A DNA stretch of 64,000 bases from NCBI GenBank assembly GCA_010015585.1, contig ML975157.1, one strand, 5' to 3'. The notes under the pieces are model-generated. The model was not told the origin of the DNA. It ran no database searches and worked only from the letters and a program-made list of their open reading frames with translations. This document shows positions 38,456 through 51,268 of this stretch, one piece after another; positions within the stretch are counted from its first letter, which is position 1; the number at the start of each line of letters is the position of its first letter. Source of the DNA: Eremomyces bilateralis CBS 781.70. Taxonomy: Eukaryota. A program made the translations under genes and the position numbers.

Positions 38456-39640
38456 ATGAGGTGGCTCCCGCTCTTTTCGATTTTAGGTCTTGCCTCTGCG
38501 CAGGGTATTTCCAGTGTTAATGGACTGAAGTTCAATATCGATGGCGTAACCAAGTATTTTGCAGGAACCAATTCGTACTGGATTAGCTTCCTCACAAACA
38601 ATGCCGACGTTGACAAGTCGTTGGATGACTTCAAGAGCAGCGGGCTAAAAATCTTGCGGATTTGGGGGTTTAACGACGTAAATGCCATACCAAGATCAGG
38701 TATGTCTTGACACCCGTTCTCCAAGTTCGAGCAGTGCCAACGGGTAGCGGCAGGAACCGTCTACTTCCAAGCGCTGGTGCCTGGCAAGCCAGCTCAGATC
38801 AACACCGGCGCCGACGGCTTGCAACGCCTCGATTACATCGTCAAAGCCGCCGAAGCGCGCGGAGTCAAACTGATCATCAACTTCGTTAACAACTGGGACG
38901 ACTACGGTGGCTTCAAATCATACATGAAATTCTTCGCCAACGGCGCGGACAATACGGGATGGTATACGCACGAGGCGGCGCAGAATCAATACCGCACTTA
39001 CATCCGCACCGTGGTGAATCGCTACAAAGCTTCCTCGGCGGTGTTCGCGTGGGAGCTAGCGAACGAGCCGCGGTGCAAAGGCTGCGACACGTCGGTTATC
39101 ACAAAGTGGGCGACGGAGACGTCGAAATACGTTAAATCTTTGGACTCCGAGCACCTGGTCACGCTGGGAGATGAAGGGTTCGGGTTGCCGGGCGATGGCT
39201 CTTACCCGTATCAATTTGGCGAAGGGGTGGATTTCGTAAAGAATCTCGCCATTCCGACGCTCGATTTCGGTACTTTTCACCTCTATCCAGAGGGCTGTAA
39301 GTGTTTTAGTACATCTTCTCGCCGATCGTCACTAATCCATCGTCTAGGGGGTGTAAGTAACGATTTTGGGAACGGTTGGGTCCAGAGCCATGCAAAAGCT
39401 TGTGCGGCAGCGAAGAAGCCATGCCTGTTGGAGGAATATGGTGTGACCAAAGATCACTGTGGTGTTGAGGCTCCGTGGCAGAAAACCTCAAGGAGCACGA
39501 ATGGCATAGCTGGGGATCTTTTCTGGCAGTTTGGGGAGACCCTCAGCTCGGGGAAAACGCACGATGATGGTCACACCCTCTATCACGGCTCAAGCGACTG
39601 GACATGTCTCGTTACAAATCATGTAAAAGCCATCGGCTAA
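38456..39640 (+). CDS. Secreted GH5 endo-1,4-beta-mannanase (GH5_7 type), no CBM
   Basis: Signal peptide; [34 protein letters not shown] (acid/base Glu), LLEEYG (nucleophile); two introns (~38700-38752, ~39296-39347). Confidence 0.93.
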
Positions 39641-40197
39641 GTACTTGATTACTAGTATGTAGGATCGCCTCGAAGGATCAACCGGGGATTGTCTGGACAC
39701 GCGAAATACAGTGCATGCACATGGCAGAAAATGACACTTTTATCCACGTAAAATGATCTTCCCCTCATTTTCAGGTCCCTTGGGCCTAAGTTAAATAAAT
39801 TAATCGTCGAAACCGGGATATATTCGAGTTTATTCCTGTTTCGCTCATATGGTGGTTTCCACCTTGCAATCCAATTGGCGTGTTTCAAAAAACCTGACCA
39901 CTCCCTCGACGCCCTCCGTGCCGTTATTGGTCATTATCCGACGCCATCATTAATTTGGGACTGCACGATCAACACGAACGAGGTGTGCGAGCCTAAATAA
40001 GAAATGAAATGAGCGGAGGATAAATGTGCTGCTACTACGTAGTACTCTAATTCAGACTATGATGCGGGCGACCAGTCCAGCGCTGACGAGGCGTGGAAGG
40101 GGTGAGGGCAATAAAACCATATCAATATCTTGGAAGCGCAGGCCGACTTGCATAAGTATTTTTCTTCACTTGGGTTGAAGTCTTCAATAGCCTCATA

Positions 40198-41300
40198 ATG
40201 CATTACGCCAGTCTACCAACAATTCTGTCCCTAGTTGGATTCGCTTCTGCCCACGCGACATGGCAGCAACTTTGGGTGAATGGCCAGGATATGGGCAAGT
40301 AGAACTAGCAAACGAGAGTTCGTGATATGGTCTAACAATGCGGGTAGAAACGAAATGCACACGTATCACGAATAATAACTCCCCCCTGACGGATGTCACT
40401 GCCCCCGAGATCGAATGCAATGCAAACAGCGGACCCGCTCAGTCAGTCTGTGATGTCCAAGGTATGAACGATACTGTGGAATCTTCCAATTGCTCTTTTA
40501 GTACCAGAAACGCTGACCTAACTTCTCAATTCAGCCGGAGGCAAGCTTACAGTCGAGATGCACCAACACGATACCCGAGGGTGCACTGAAGAAGCGATTG
40601 GTAAACCCCCATAATTCTTGGATATTGGATATTGGAATTCAAGCATTGGTACTTCCACTTTGGGTTATTTCGCTAACCGCGATAGGCGGCCGCCATTTCG
40701 GTCCAGTGCAGGTCTACATGTGCAAGGTTGCAGATGCAGCATCATCAACCGGCGGCTGTAATTGGTTCAAGGTGGCTTCGAATTCGTATGCGGGCACCGA
40801 TGCATCGTGGGGAACAGTACGTCCGACAATGGCTCGGGCAGCCTCGATCCGCTGACAAGGTGCGAAGGAAATTCTGAACGAGAACTGCGGAAAAATGGAA
40901 TTCGCTGGTGAGACCATCCATTGGCAGAGATATGGGTGACGGCGACTGATGACTCCTAGTCCCGAAGAGTATCGCATCAGGCGACTATCTTGTCCGTGCG
41001 GAGGCAATTGCGCTGCACTCGATGCCGGCACAAGTTTATCCCGGCTGTTACCAAGGTCCGCAACCCGCCATTCCAAGGAAAATATCAAGCTAACTCTAAG
41101 CACAGTCAAGGTGACCGGCGGAGGGTCTGCCAATCCTCCTGGTGTGCGCTTTCCAGGGGCCTATTCCCAAAGGTATGAGGGCGCAGACAATAAATGATGG
41201 ATGCTCGCTAATTTGAAACAGTGATCCGGGCATCGACATCAACATATATCAGGACAAGATCGAATATAATGCTCCAGGACCTACTATCTTCACGGGGTGA
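40198..41300 (+). CDS. AA9 lytic polysaccharide monooxygenase, 8 exons
   Basis: Signal peptide then His1 (SA|HATWQQLWVNG); NNNSPLTDV, EMHQ, HFGPVQVYM, WFKV, GDYLVRAEAIALH, AQVYPGCYQ, FPGAY, APGP after removing 7 introns. Confidence 0.9.
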
Positions 41301-42008
41301 ACGCATTTCAACTGTGTCCAGGCAGATGCCACGGCCGAAAGATAAGGCCGTCAGGAAAATACTTAGCTCAATATTCCATGCTCCTTAAACAATAGCATCA
41401 GGCGCCCCAGTGATGATATGTCAGGATATATCCAAGTTTATGTGTTCGCCTGGAGAAAAGAAAGAAGAAATGGGACTCAGAATAGAAATCAGTTCCCAGC
41501 ATCGACAGTACTGATTTAGCATACCACTAATTACACTTTAAGGTAGACCTCAAAGACGATAACGAAAAGATATGATTTATACTTTCTAGCCGTAGATTGA
41601 AACTCATCATGCTCAGTGGTTGCATTGACGCTTCAAGACCTCAAGGACTTCTTGAGGAGCATCGACCGCTTCATGCCATGGCAGCTTCCTCAAATTCCCA
41701 TATTTCTCCCTATAAACAATAGGATCGACCTGGCTTGAGTTAGTGATACCCGGATCTGTGGCATCAAGAAAGAATCTGTATTACAACTGAAGTAAGAGAG
41801 AGGCTGAGAGGTTCGTCATCGAAGTGAGGGAAATCGGCTGGCTCCTTTAGCGCCATCTGATTGGCCATTTCAATCACATACAGGTCACGTGCATCACCAT
41901 TCCACAACCCTCATCGAATCTTGCTCCGATTGCTGAGTCCATCCTCGCTGCGCTCTCTACTATCATGGACCGGCAGAACAAGCAAAGCAATTAATACCCG
42001 AGCAATCA

Positions 42009-42705
42009 ATGGAGGATCTGTCGCTGAATGATCCACCGCCGCCAGGGGGCGGTCCTTCCACCCAGCAAAATGCACCCCCACCGGCGATGGCACCACCGCT
42101 AGCTCCTCAGCTTCCACCGCAAATGTTCACGACCGCAGCGCAGCTATTGGACCTGACCGACAGTAAGATGCGACCCTAACCCTCCTGGCAGACGGACTGG
42201 TGTTGATTGTTGGAAGGCTGACTGCAATACGCGCCATTTCAGAGAAACTTATGGTCGTTCTTCGCGATGGACGGAAATTGATCGGCGTGCTGAGAAGCTG
42301 GGATCAGTATGGTAAGTTCGTCGCAGGCCATCGGAGAGGTCATAGGCTTATTGGAATGGCGGTTCAGGCAATATTGTTCTACAAGATACGGTTGAGCGAT
42401 TATTCGTCCCCAAGTTCTTCGCCGATATCAAGCGCGGCATATTCCTCGTTCGCGGCGAAAACATTCTACTCTTGGGTGAAATAGTACGGCACTCACTGCT
42501 CCTTCGATCGGCTCATGCTGACAATATTCAGGACCTCGATAAAGACGACGACATCCCGGACGGATACGAACAAGCCCCGGTTGAGAAGGTCTTCCTGATG
42601 CAGAAGGCCGAGGAGGAGAAAACCAAGAAACGAGAAAAGCGGAAGCAGACCCGGCTACAAGCGTATGGTTTCGAAGGCGAGCGTGCAGGAGAGGCCATAC
42701 TGTGA
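42009..42705 (+). CDS. LSM1: Sm-like protein Lsm1 (decapping activator)
   Basis: Spliced [47 protein letters not shown]...GIFLVRGENILLLGEI; 3 introns. Confidence 0.93.
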
Positions 42706-43576
42706 TGGGCTGGATACGTGGATGCACACAAGAGTTGAATAGATGGACTTCAAGTCGCCGAACGGCAGGGCTGACTTCTCTGGCCCTGTTTCACATGATG
42801 GATTTGCAGAATATTGTGAAATGCAACTCATCACAGTCAAGGAGAATAGCAAACAGATAGGCGTCCTATGGGAGCTGCTAGAGGCTTCCGGTGACGCCTG
42901 AAAGGCGCATAGCGTCATACAAGTGGAAATGTCCATTAAGTGACGAATATGAGCGAATGGAGATGACTGTAACGCAACATGTGCACCATGACTCTTAACC
43001 CGAAATTGCCCAAGCCTCATGCCAATATCACCGAGAGGTCCATCTGTAAACATGCTGCAGTGCATCTTCAGTGCAACAACTTTCCTTTCCTATCTGATAC
43101 TACCTATATTCTTGGTGATGAATCCCAGAAACCAACTTGCAGGGGCCCCAGCTTGCCATCGAGCTCCCATGTGCTTACCATCTTCTCTCTTCAGGCATTA
43201 TTTTGAGGAACTACTGACTCAGCCGAGCCTCAAGTCGCTAAAAAAGGTATGTTCATGCGTCAGTAGCAACACCTGTAAAGTACTATTACGCTTCAAAAAG
43301 TTACGGTGCTACACGGGAACCATAATTCCTATCTCTCCTCATTATTGTCCGGTCAACGACTTGTTTTCCTATTGATTGAACAATTCCTTCCAAATTATAA
43401 AAATGGACTTGTTAATTACCGCTTGTGGTTAGTCTATCTACTTTGGGTTTAGCGCCAGCGCATCTATTCCGTTCCGTCATTTAATATCCGTGCTCCCCGA
43501 CTTCATACCATTCACCGCCAAAAACTCAAGAGCGTATATTAGTTAGTCAAGTCAATAGCTGTATCCTCTCCTCATT

Positions 43577-44511
43577 ATGCCGACCAAAAAACCTACATTC
43601 CTCCCTGCCTTCACAGAAACCCCCATAATCAACGCAGAGAGTAGGCTACTCCAGCTACGAGAAATGCTTTTGGACGAGTCACTTGCGTTCCAGCACAAGA
43701 ATATCTCATTCCTCATACAGTTATATGAGAGTGGCCAACTACCTCCGGCTCCAGGACAGGACGTTTGGATTATGGACGGGAAAATTATTGATGGTCCAAC
43801 TTGCGCCTGAAGAGTTCCCGAAAGGTGCGGTACTTTGGGTCGAGGTATATCTTACCCTCATTTATCTTATTACTTTACTTACTCGACGCTTAGGGAATGG
43901 CTTTTCAGTTTATGCAGACGGCTCAAACACCACTGGTGGAGGCTTATGGTAGTAATAGATATTGTGAGAACCCATGGTCTAACCGTCATTATAGGCTGTA
44001 GCTGTGCAAATGGGACAATCGGCGTCCTACGGGCTTGGTGTGCTATCGAATATGCATGAGGTACAGGTATAAACTCTCTTCTAATCTTCACTAGATCTTT
44101 GCAAGGTCCCGACTCAGAGGAACCCTCGGTGGTACCGGAATCACCCTCGTCGGTTCTATTGCGAACGACACCGCTCGAATACGCGGACCATTTCCTCATC
44201 GGATTTGACCCAGCCGAACTATAATCCACCCACCTATCAGGGTCATCTCGGTTTCTTGCCTGTGTCGACGGCCAACGGTATCGTCTTTGGGGAGCAAATT
44301 TTGATAGAAATGCAAATAATGCGGGCGGATGGCAGGATCGTTTCACCTTGGTTTGTAGAATACGCTGCGGTTACGACCTGGAGTTATGCAATTTCGGCTG
44401 TCCGGGAATGGAATGCGGAACCATCTATTATTCGCGACTACTTCGGGGAATACTGCCCTTTTCGTTGTACAGAAGAAAAATGGCATTGTAAGTCAGCTTC
44501 CAGTCGTATAG
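43577..44511 (+). pseudogene. Frameshifted gene for a retropepsin-like (DTG...TANG) protein
   Basis: Coding segments switch frame near 43800, 44173 and 44378; one inserted G at 44173 gives NDTGSNT in frame with VSTANGIV. Confidence 0.55.
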
Positions 44512-44806
44512 GTCTTCATGGACATGTAATTATTATTTTACTTAATTAGAAAACGTTAGGACGAGTTTTAGGCACCCCAGAACTAAAATAGCCTACAGAA
44601 ATGAGACTACGTAATTAGCAGGCATTAGAGGGGCCTGGGTACTTCGATACATGACTCTCGACTCTCAGACTCTGTGGGATTCCGTCAAAAACGGCGTCTC
44701 AAACCGCTCTTTTCGGCGGCAATTTCGCAGGTCCTCAGATTCTAGCTGTAATATCGCTGAAAGCTTTCCTCATATCCTACCTTGCTTTTCTCAACCGACT
44801 TCCAAT

Positions 44807-46200
44807 ATGACATCGATACGCTCCTCTGTCTTGCATGGTGTGAAGGACTTGAGGATTGTGAGTCTTGATCTTCGCAATTTTTAACCAAGTTCCGCTCGCA
44901 TCATCCGCTTTGCTTACCATATACCTATTGTGGGGATGATATAGGAGACGCATCAGCTACCTCCTCCCGAACCAAATGACCTGCAAATCTCCGTTCGAAC
45001 AACTGGGCTATGTGGGTCGGACCTCCATTACTACCATCATTTTCGGAATGGAGATATCCTCGTCCGCGAGCCCCTCTCATTGGGTCATGAGTCTGCTGGT
45101 ATTGTCGAGGCAGTCGGCAGCGATGTCGATGGCTTCGAGGTCGGAGATCAGGTGGCGCTTGAAGTCGGGATGCCATGTGAGACGTGTGCCCGGTGCCAGG
45201 AGGGGAGATATAACATCTGTGAAGCGATGAGGTTCCGTAGCAGCGCGCGGGTGTTTCCGCACGCGCAAGGCACCTTACAGGAACGAATCAATCATCCGGC
45301 GCGGTGGTGTCACAAGTAAGTGGAAGCTCCGTTCGCGTTTCTAACGGTACGCCTCGGGACCAGGGCTGATCAGAAGTAGGCTTCCACACGATGTCTCCCT
45401 AGAGCATGCGGCATTGCTTGAACCTCTCAGCGTCGCGGTTCATGCCTCGAAAAGGGCCAAGTTGAAAGGAGGAGAAAAGGCTCTGGTGCTAGGAGCGGGA
45501 ACCGTCGGCTTGCTGGTAGCTACGATGGCCATTATTCGTGGAGCCGAGTCCGTTGTGATTGCAGACATCGATGCGGGTCGAGTGTCGTTCGCTACGAATA
45601 ATGGATTTGCTCACGCCGGGTTCCCCATACCCCTTCGGCGGCCAAATTCAAATGAGGAGAGCCTTGTTCTTGCCCAGGAAACAGCGGAAAGCATCAAAAG
45701 CAAAATCCTGGCCTCAGGGTCCGAGCTAGGCGCCCCGGATATTGTGTTTGAATGCACTGGAGTTCCATCTTGTCTTCAGACTGCTATCTTTGTACGTCTC
45801 TCACCTCTACTCGTCCGAAAGATTCGAACTAACGGGCGATTTTCCTACCAAGGCGACACGACCAGGCGGGAAAGTCATGTTGATAGGAATGGGGAATCCA
45901 GTCCAGACCCTCCCGATCTCCGCCGCCGCGCTTCGTGAAATCGATCTCGTGGGCGTTTTCCGATATGCGGATACATATCCAGAGGGCATCACCTTGGTCC
46001 AACAAACGATCTCCAACCCGAATCTCCCCGATATTTCCAAGTTGATCACGCACCGGTTCGAAGGCCTCGACAGTATCAAGGACGCATTCGAGATGGCTGC
46101 GAGAAGTCAGGATGACAGCCAGAAGATGGTTCTAAAAGTCATGATGACTATGGGTGAAGCACCGCATCACGACCTGTCTGGTTCAAACAAGAGGTCATAA
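44807..46200 (+). CDS. Zn-dependent polyol (sorbitol/xylitol-type) dehydrogenase, MDR family
   Basis: GLCGSDLHYY, GHESAG, CETCARCQEGRYNIC, LLEPLSVAVHA, GAGTVG, GVFRYA; 3 introns. Confidence 0.92.
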
Positions 46201-46826
46201 AGGGTGCCATCTGTTAGCTGGCTCTGGCTCCTGAAATTCAACCCGTTAACAAAAAGCAAGGTTAGCTTTTTTTTCGCCAATCCGAAATACCTCCCGACCA
46301 AATACTCAGCCAGGGCGAGCGGAGGAATAGAGCCAGCCTGAGCGGTGGCTGGGATTTGTTCGCTGATGCGGTCACAGATCAATTGATATGATTGATGATT
46401 GATGGGCGAGATTTGTTGCAGCCTGGCAGCCTGCGCCGTTCGAGCACGGGGCTGATCAGACCATACATCACGTGCCATCGAAGGAGCAATGACGTCGTGG
46501 TACAGGCCTGGCAGGTGCTGTGGCGCCAAATAGCGGGGGTTGGTGACGCTTCACCTTTGGTAGCAACAGGGAAAGTCTCCCAAAAATGCGTCATGCGACG
46601 ATGGCCAAAACTCCTGTGCCGCCTGTGAACCCTTCATATCTCATCACCGCCTCTCTCAAGAGATATCAGGGACCTTTCCTTACCTCCTTTTCGCTTTTAC
46701 CCATAAGATAGTCCTCTCCTTCACTTTTCCTCCAACTTTCTTGCCAGCAAAACCTCATTCGTTTCCTCAACCTCGCTCCCAATCCCACTTGCTTCATTTA
46801 GCTTTAATCCCACAACAATTCTAACC

Positions 46827-47665
46827 ATGGCGCTCGGTCGTAGTCTACTCAAGCTCCTACAGACCGTCCTGTATGCCATCGAATTCTGTTGCGCAGCAAT
46901 CATTCTAGGCATCTTTTCATATTTCCTCGCCGTCCTCGCCAAGAATGATCTGGATATTCCTCGCTGGCAGCAGGCCGTCGAGGGTATCTCGGGGGCAGCA
47001 GCTCTGTACTTGATCTTCGCCGTCCTCCTCACCTGCTTCCTAGGCGGAAAGCCCTTCTTCGCATTCCTTGCCATTGCCCTGGACGTCCTATTCTGCGGCG
47101 GCTTCATCGCCATTGCGATCTTGACCCGCGATGGCGCAAACAGTTGCACGGGCGACGTCAAGACGCCGTTCGGAGACGGTCCTGGCGAAAAAGAAGCTCC
47201 TGGCGCTGGCGACTACGCCACCGCATGCCGATTGAACAAGGTGGCATTCGCGGTCTCGATCATCGGAGCGTAGGTAGAATCACTTTCCTTTCCCCTGATT
47301 ATTTGCTAATGTGTGGCAGTGGCCTCTTCCTCATCTCAGCGCTCATACAGCTCGCGCTCGGCCGTAATTACCAGAAGGAGAAGCGATATGGCCCATCGCC
47401 CGCGAACAACTACACCTCCGGCACTGGATCTCACTGGTGGCGTCGCAACCGTGGTCCTCGCACCACCAAGGAGGCATACGCCGCCGAGCCGGAATACGCT
47501 CCGGCTTCTGAATCAGGTCTCACTGGCGGGCCCCGCGATGTTCTCCCTGAAGGCAGCACCAACGGCACCAACGCCAGCTACGGGACTGGATATCACACTG
47601 CCCCGACTGGTACTAGCACTGGCAACCCTTACGAATACAACCGGACGCCTGCTACCAACTATTAA
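46827..47665 (+). CDS. MARVEL-domain four-TM membrane protein
   Basis: Four hydrophobic helices, one intron (~47270-47319), C-terminal RYGPSPANNYTSG tail. Confidence 0.8.
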
Positions 47666-47945
47666 TGAATTCTCCATTTGAATTTCCCATCCAATTTGTC
47701 ATATCAGCGTCGCTCGGGCTTTCGGTCAACATGGGAAGGACATTACTATAGACAGGATTACGGCCGAGTTTCTTCAATCTCAGCATATGATATCCCAATG
47801 ATTGCTCAGGAAATGCGTGGAGGGTCATGTATTTTAGGAGTGGATCACTCCCAGGCGAAATAGTAATACCTGCTAGTTCCAATCGGTTTTAATGAAAGAT
47901 GATTGAATCGTCCAAAACCGACCTCTCAATGAGTGCAGTGCATGG

Positions 47946-48028
47946 TGACGTCACGTGTTACGCGTTTCGAGCCCGTTCCAGGATCCAATTCGTTTCTGGA
48001 AGATGATCAAATTTTGTTACCAACGCGT
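47946..48028 (+). promoter_or_regulatory. Two MCB boxes (ACGCGT) plus overlapping CRE/E-box upstream of CTF8
   Basis: ACGCGT at 47960 and 48023; TGACGTCACGTG at 47946-47957. Confidence 0.5.
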
Positions 48029-48098
48029 CGAATTTTTGTATGCTTGCACACCAATGATGCGACTGACCAACTAGACAATCTTTGCCTTCCAATCCAAA

Positions 48099-48548
48099 AT
48101 GCCTACGATTAATATCCATCCGCGACCTCGCGATGCACAATCCGACGTCCCCAACCCCCTCCCCGAACTCCTCCACACGCCCACCGGCCTCGCGATCCTC
48201 GAGCTCCAATCCTCCTTCGCCTTCCCGCCCCGTCCCTCCGCCTCCAACAAGCGTCTCGGACGCCTCGCCTTCCCGCTCTATGATCCCAGCAAGCCCGTCG
48301 ACGCCCAAGATGCATCGTGGATGAAGAAGGTCTGGCTGTACGTGGGGAAGCATCAGCGGGTCGCGGGGGAGGTGAAGAAGTTGGAGAAGCCGTTGGGGGT
48401 GGTTAGAAGGAGAGAGGGGAGTGGGGAGGATGGAGAGGGGGATGATGCTGTGGAGGAGTTGGAGGTGATGGAGATCGTGAAGTGGAAGATCGTTTTCTCG
48501 AATCGACCCGAGCCGGTTGGCGCGGATGAGATCGACGAGGTGTTTTGA
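48099..48548 (+). CDS. CTF8: Chromosome transmission fidelity protein 8 (Ctf18-RFC subunit)
   Basis: NPLPELLHTPTGLAILELQ...LYVGKHQRVAGEVKKLEKPLGVV...EIVKWKIVFSNRPEP. Confidence 0.9.
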   Translation: MPTINIHPRPRDAQSDVPNPLPELLHTPTGLAILELQSSFAFPPRPSASNKRLGRLAFPLYDPSKPVDAQDASWMKKVWLYVGKHQRVAGEVKKLEKPLGVVRRREGSGEDGEGDDAVEELEVMEIVKWKIVFSNRPEPVGADEIDEVF

Positions 48549-48681
48549 GATTCTGGCTTTCTGATCCGGGCACCAACGACGACCTTGCAGTGCACAATCT
48601 TGAAATCATCCGGAATTATTTTGCCCAATGTTGGGAACTTACCCGACCAAAACTCCAAGTTGCGAGGACAGTTCATTCAAC

Positions 48682-51268
48682 ATGGCGTACCGAAATCCTT
48701 TCCCGAGCATCGCATGGCTTTTGTCGGATTGCATCTTCCATCATATCGATGAAAGGAATGTGTCGAATGAAACGGTTCGAGAGCCGAGCTATTATTGTGA
48801 TAGCAGTGGAGATTGTCGCGGGCAAGGCTGTCTTTCGGTGGTCCAACGCACGGCAGAATACGACGACTGGGATCACCACTACAGCACCCTGCTAATTATA
48901 TCCTGCCTCCGAACGAAAACACAGGCGCCTCAGCCAATAAGTAAATTAATCGAGCAACTTCGATTTCCGAATGGGTTTAGCAGAGGTGCCGAACTGACTT
49001 CGCCGACGTGCATGGTGGAAGGCTTATCCGTTGGGAAACATGCGATAACGCCACGAGTTTCATCACTCGGTTGGACTCGTCTCGGAAGACGAGCGGCTCT
49101 GGATCTCGATGGTCAACATCTCTTCAATACGATGGTCTTACTTTGCAATGTTTTTCTTCTGCCAAGGCAGACTGCAGCAGATGACCATGGTTCCGTTCGG
49201 ATGATCTGACACACCTATCCCACACTGAACTTCTAGGATTCCGTGATGGAATATATACCTAACCCTAACCTGGCGTGAACAGTGTGAGGGTACAGCAACA
49301 CGAAGCCATCGTCGTTTGGGTTCTTCGTCGACCACCTGGCATTGTGTTTTGGCATGACAAGGTAAGGAGAAGCTCCAGAGGATTGAACTGTTCGTGGGAA
49401 TGAGTGGAGGAAAAGTCGCCCTATGGGCCAATATCGGAGCCGGAACCAATGCGCCGCTTACTGCATCCGGCCCGCAATTCGTTGCAAAGATATTCACTAT
49501 AGGCGATGCCAACAGACTACCTGTGTACTTGAAAGAGTGTTTGGATACGGCTACTTCGCTAGGCAGGACCCTAATCGCGTGAGTTTGTCCCACGTATCGC
49601 CATCTCCATATCGTGCTGATGGCAGTTGGGTAACCCAGAATCTTTGAAGTCGAACCGGGTGGAAGCTGGCTAGTTGCGGCCCTCTCCAAAACCGTGCCAG
49701 GTTTTGATACGGATGTTCTTCAACATATCTGTTCGCAGGCCATAGGCAAAGGGTCGCTTGTGCTCCCCGACAGTCATCGCAGCAATGGTCTGTGTTTCCT
49801 ATGAAAATGGTCTCTATTGTACTGACCGACGGTAGATTTCAGCTATGTCGTGACCCATCCTATGGTGAGCGGTCACTCTTTTGTGGTGGACGCTTCCAGT
49901 GGCGAGGAGATGAAATTCTCGCACCTTGAATCAGTGTCCATCGGCACGATCATCTGTTCTACAACCATGCTCCAAGAGCCACGCGCGGATATCGAGGCGC
50001 ATTCACCAGATGATGTTATTCTTTTGTTCTGCACCAGCTCCCATGTCGCCCACCGCATCGAGCAGCACCTTCGTGCACCGTTTGAATACCGACAAGAACG
50101 AATCAACCGCAATCCCCTGTGGATCTATATGGATCTCGCATTTCTCTTCTCCGAGTGGAAAGAGGTCTGGGACTCCGCACGCTGTAGGCTCACAGCACAT
50201 GACCAAGAAGCCTACTGTTCCTCTATTTCGACAGCACAGGAATTGAACAAGACACTTCATAAGGAAATATCGGGCACCTATGTCTTACAGGAGCACTTGC
50301 GATTGCACATCAGCGCACTGCGCAAGTTCCAACAGATCTCAGGTCGTAGAACGAGCTCATGTCGAGAAGCGCTGGAGATCCGTATCGAGGATTACCTTTC
50401 TGACCTGAATCACCATCTTGATACATCCGAGGTCGTTTTGAAGCAGCTAAGGATACTCCTTGGCTTGCTCGGTCAGAGTGTTGGGATATGGAATTCTCAG
50501 AGGGCAGAGCATCTGCACTGGCTCCTGCTAGTATTCGTCCCGCTAATATTTGTCTCGGTCAGTCCGTCTCTCCTAGGTGGATGTCCCAGCTCCTAACTAT
50601 CTTAGACGCTATTCAGTATCAACACGATGTCAGTCCCGGCATATTGGTACCCACTGGTCGCATTCCTGGTCCTATCACTTGTGGTGTTCATTCTAACTCT
50701 GGCTGAACCCTTACGTCGGGCTTTTACTTCCTTTGCGAAGAACCTATTTCGGGATACGAGTCACAGTCAAACAGTGTCATCTAGCTGCGAGAAGAACATT
50801 CTGTCACACCCTACCTCCGTCCCCACAGCGCCCAGTTCTCCCTTTTCTAGATCCAATCTAGGATCATCCGCACCTGATGGATCAGATATTACAGGCGATG
50901 GTTATCATGCGTCAATGTCAACGCCACAAGCACGTTCAGCCATGATTACCCGATCTTCTCGAGGCCCGCCAATGGCCTTCCAACCCGGTCACTTTTCTAA
51001 CCTCTCTCATGACCGATTTTACAGTCCAATGACCGTTCAAGTCGATTCAGCGCAGGTCCGGGCGCATAACAACGCCTCCGTTGAATATCCTCGTGTCCCG
51101 GTGCCAACGCATGAAATGCGACATATCAGATCCGTCGATGCGCGACCACTCGCGCAGGCTACATACTTTCCGGGGTCAAGCATTTCACGAACACCACCGA
51201 TGCCTGAAGTCGTGCCAGTGTCTTCATCCTCGTCGGAAGCTAGTGTTAAGCTGACTAGACACGGATAA
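48682..51268 (+). CDS. Hypothetical protein with CorA-like C-terminal two-TM architecture (5' exons uncertain)
   Basis: ORF 49850..50596 (helical region, then LLLVFVPLIFVS), intron, then YWYPLVAFLVLSLVVFIL and a Ser/Pro tail in ORF 50627..51268. Confidence 0.5.
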
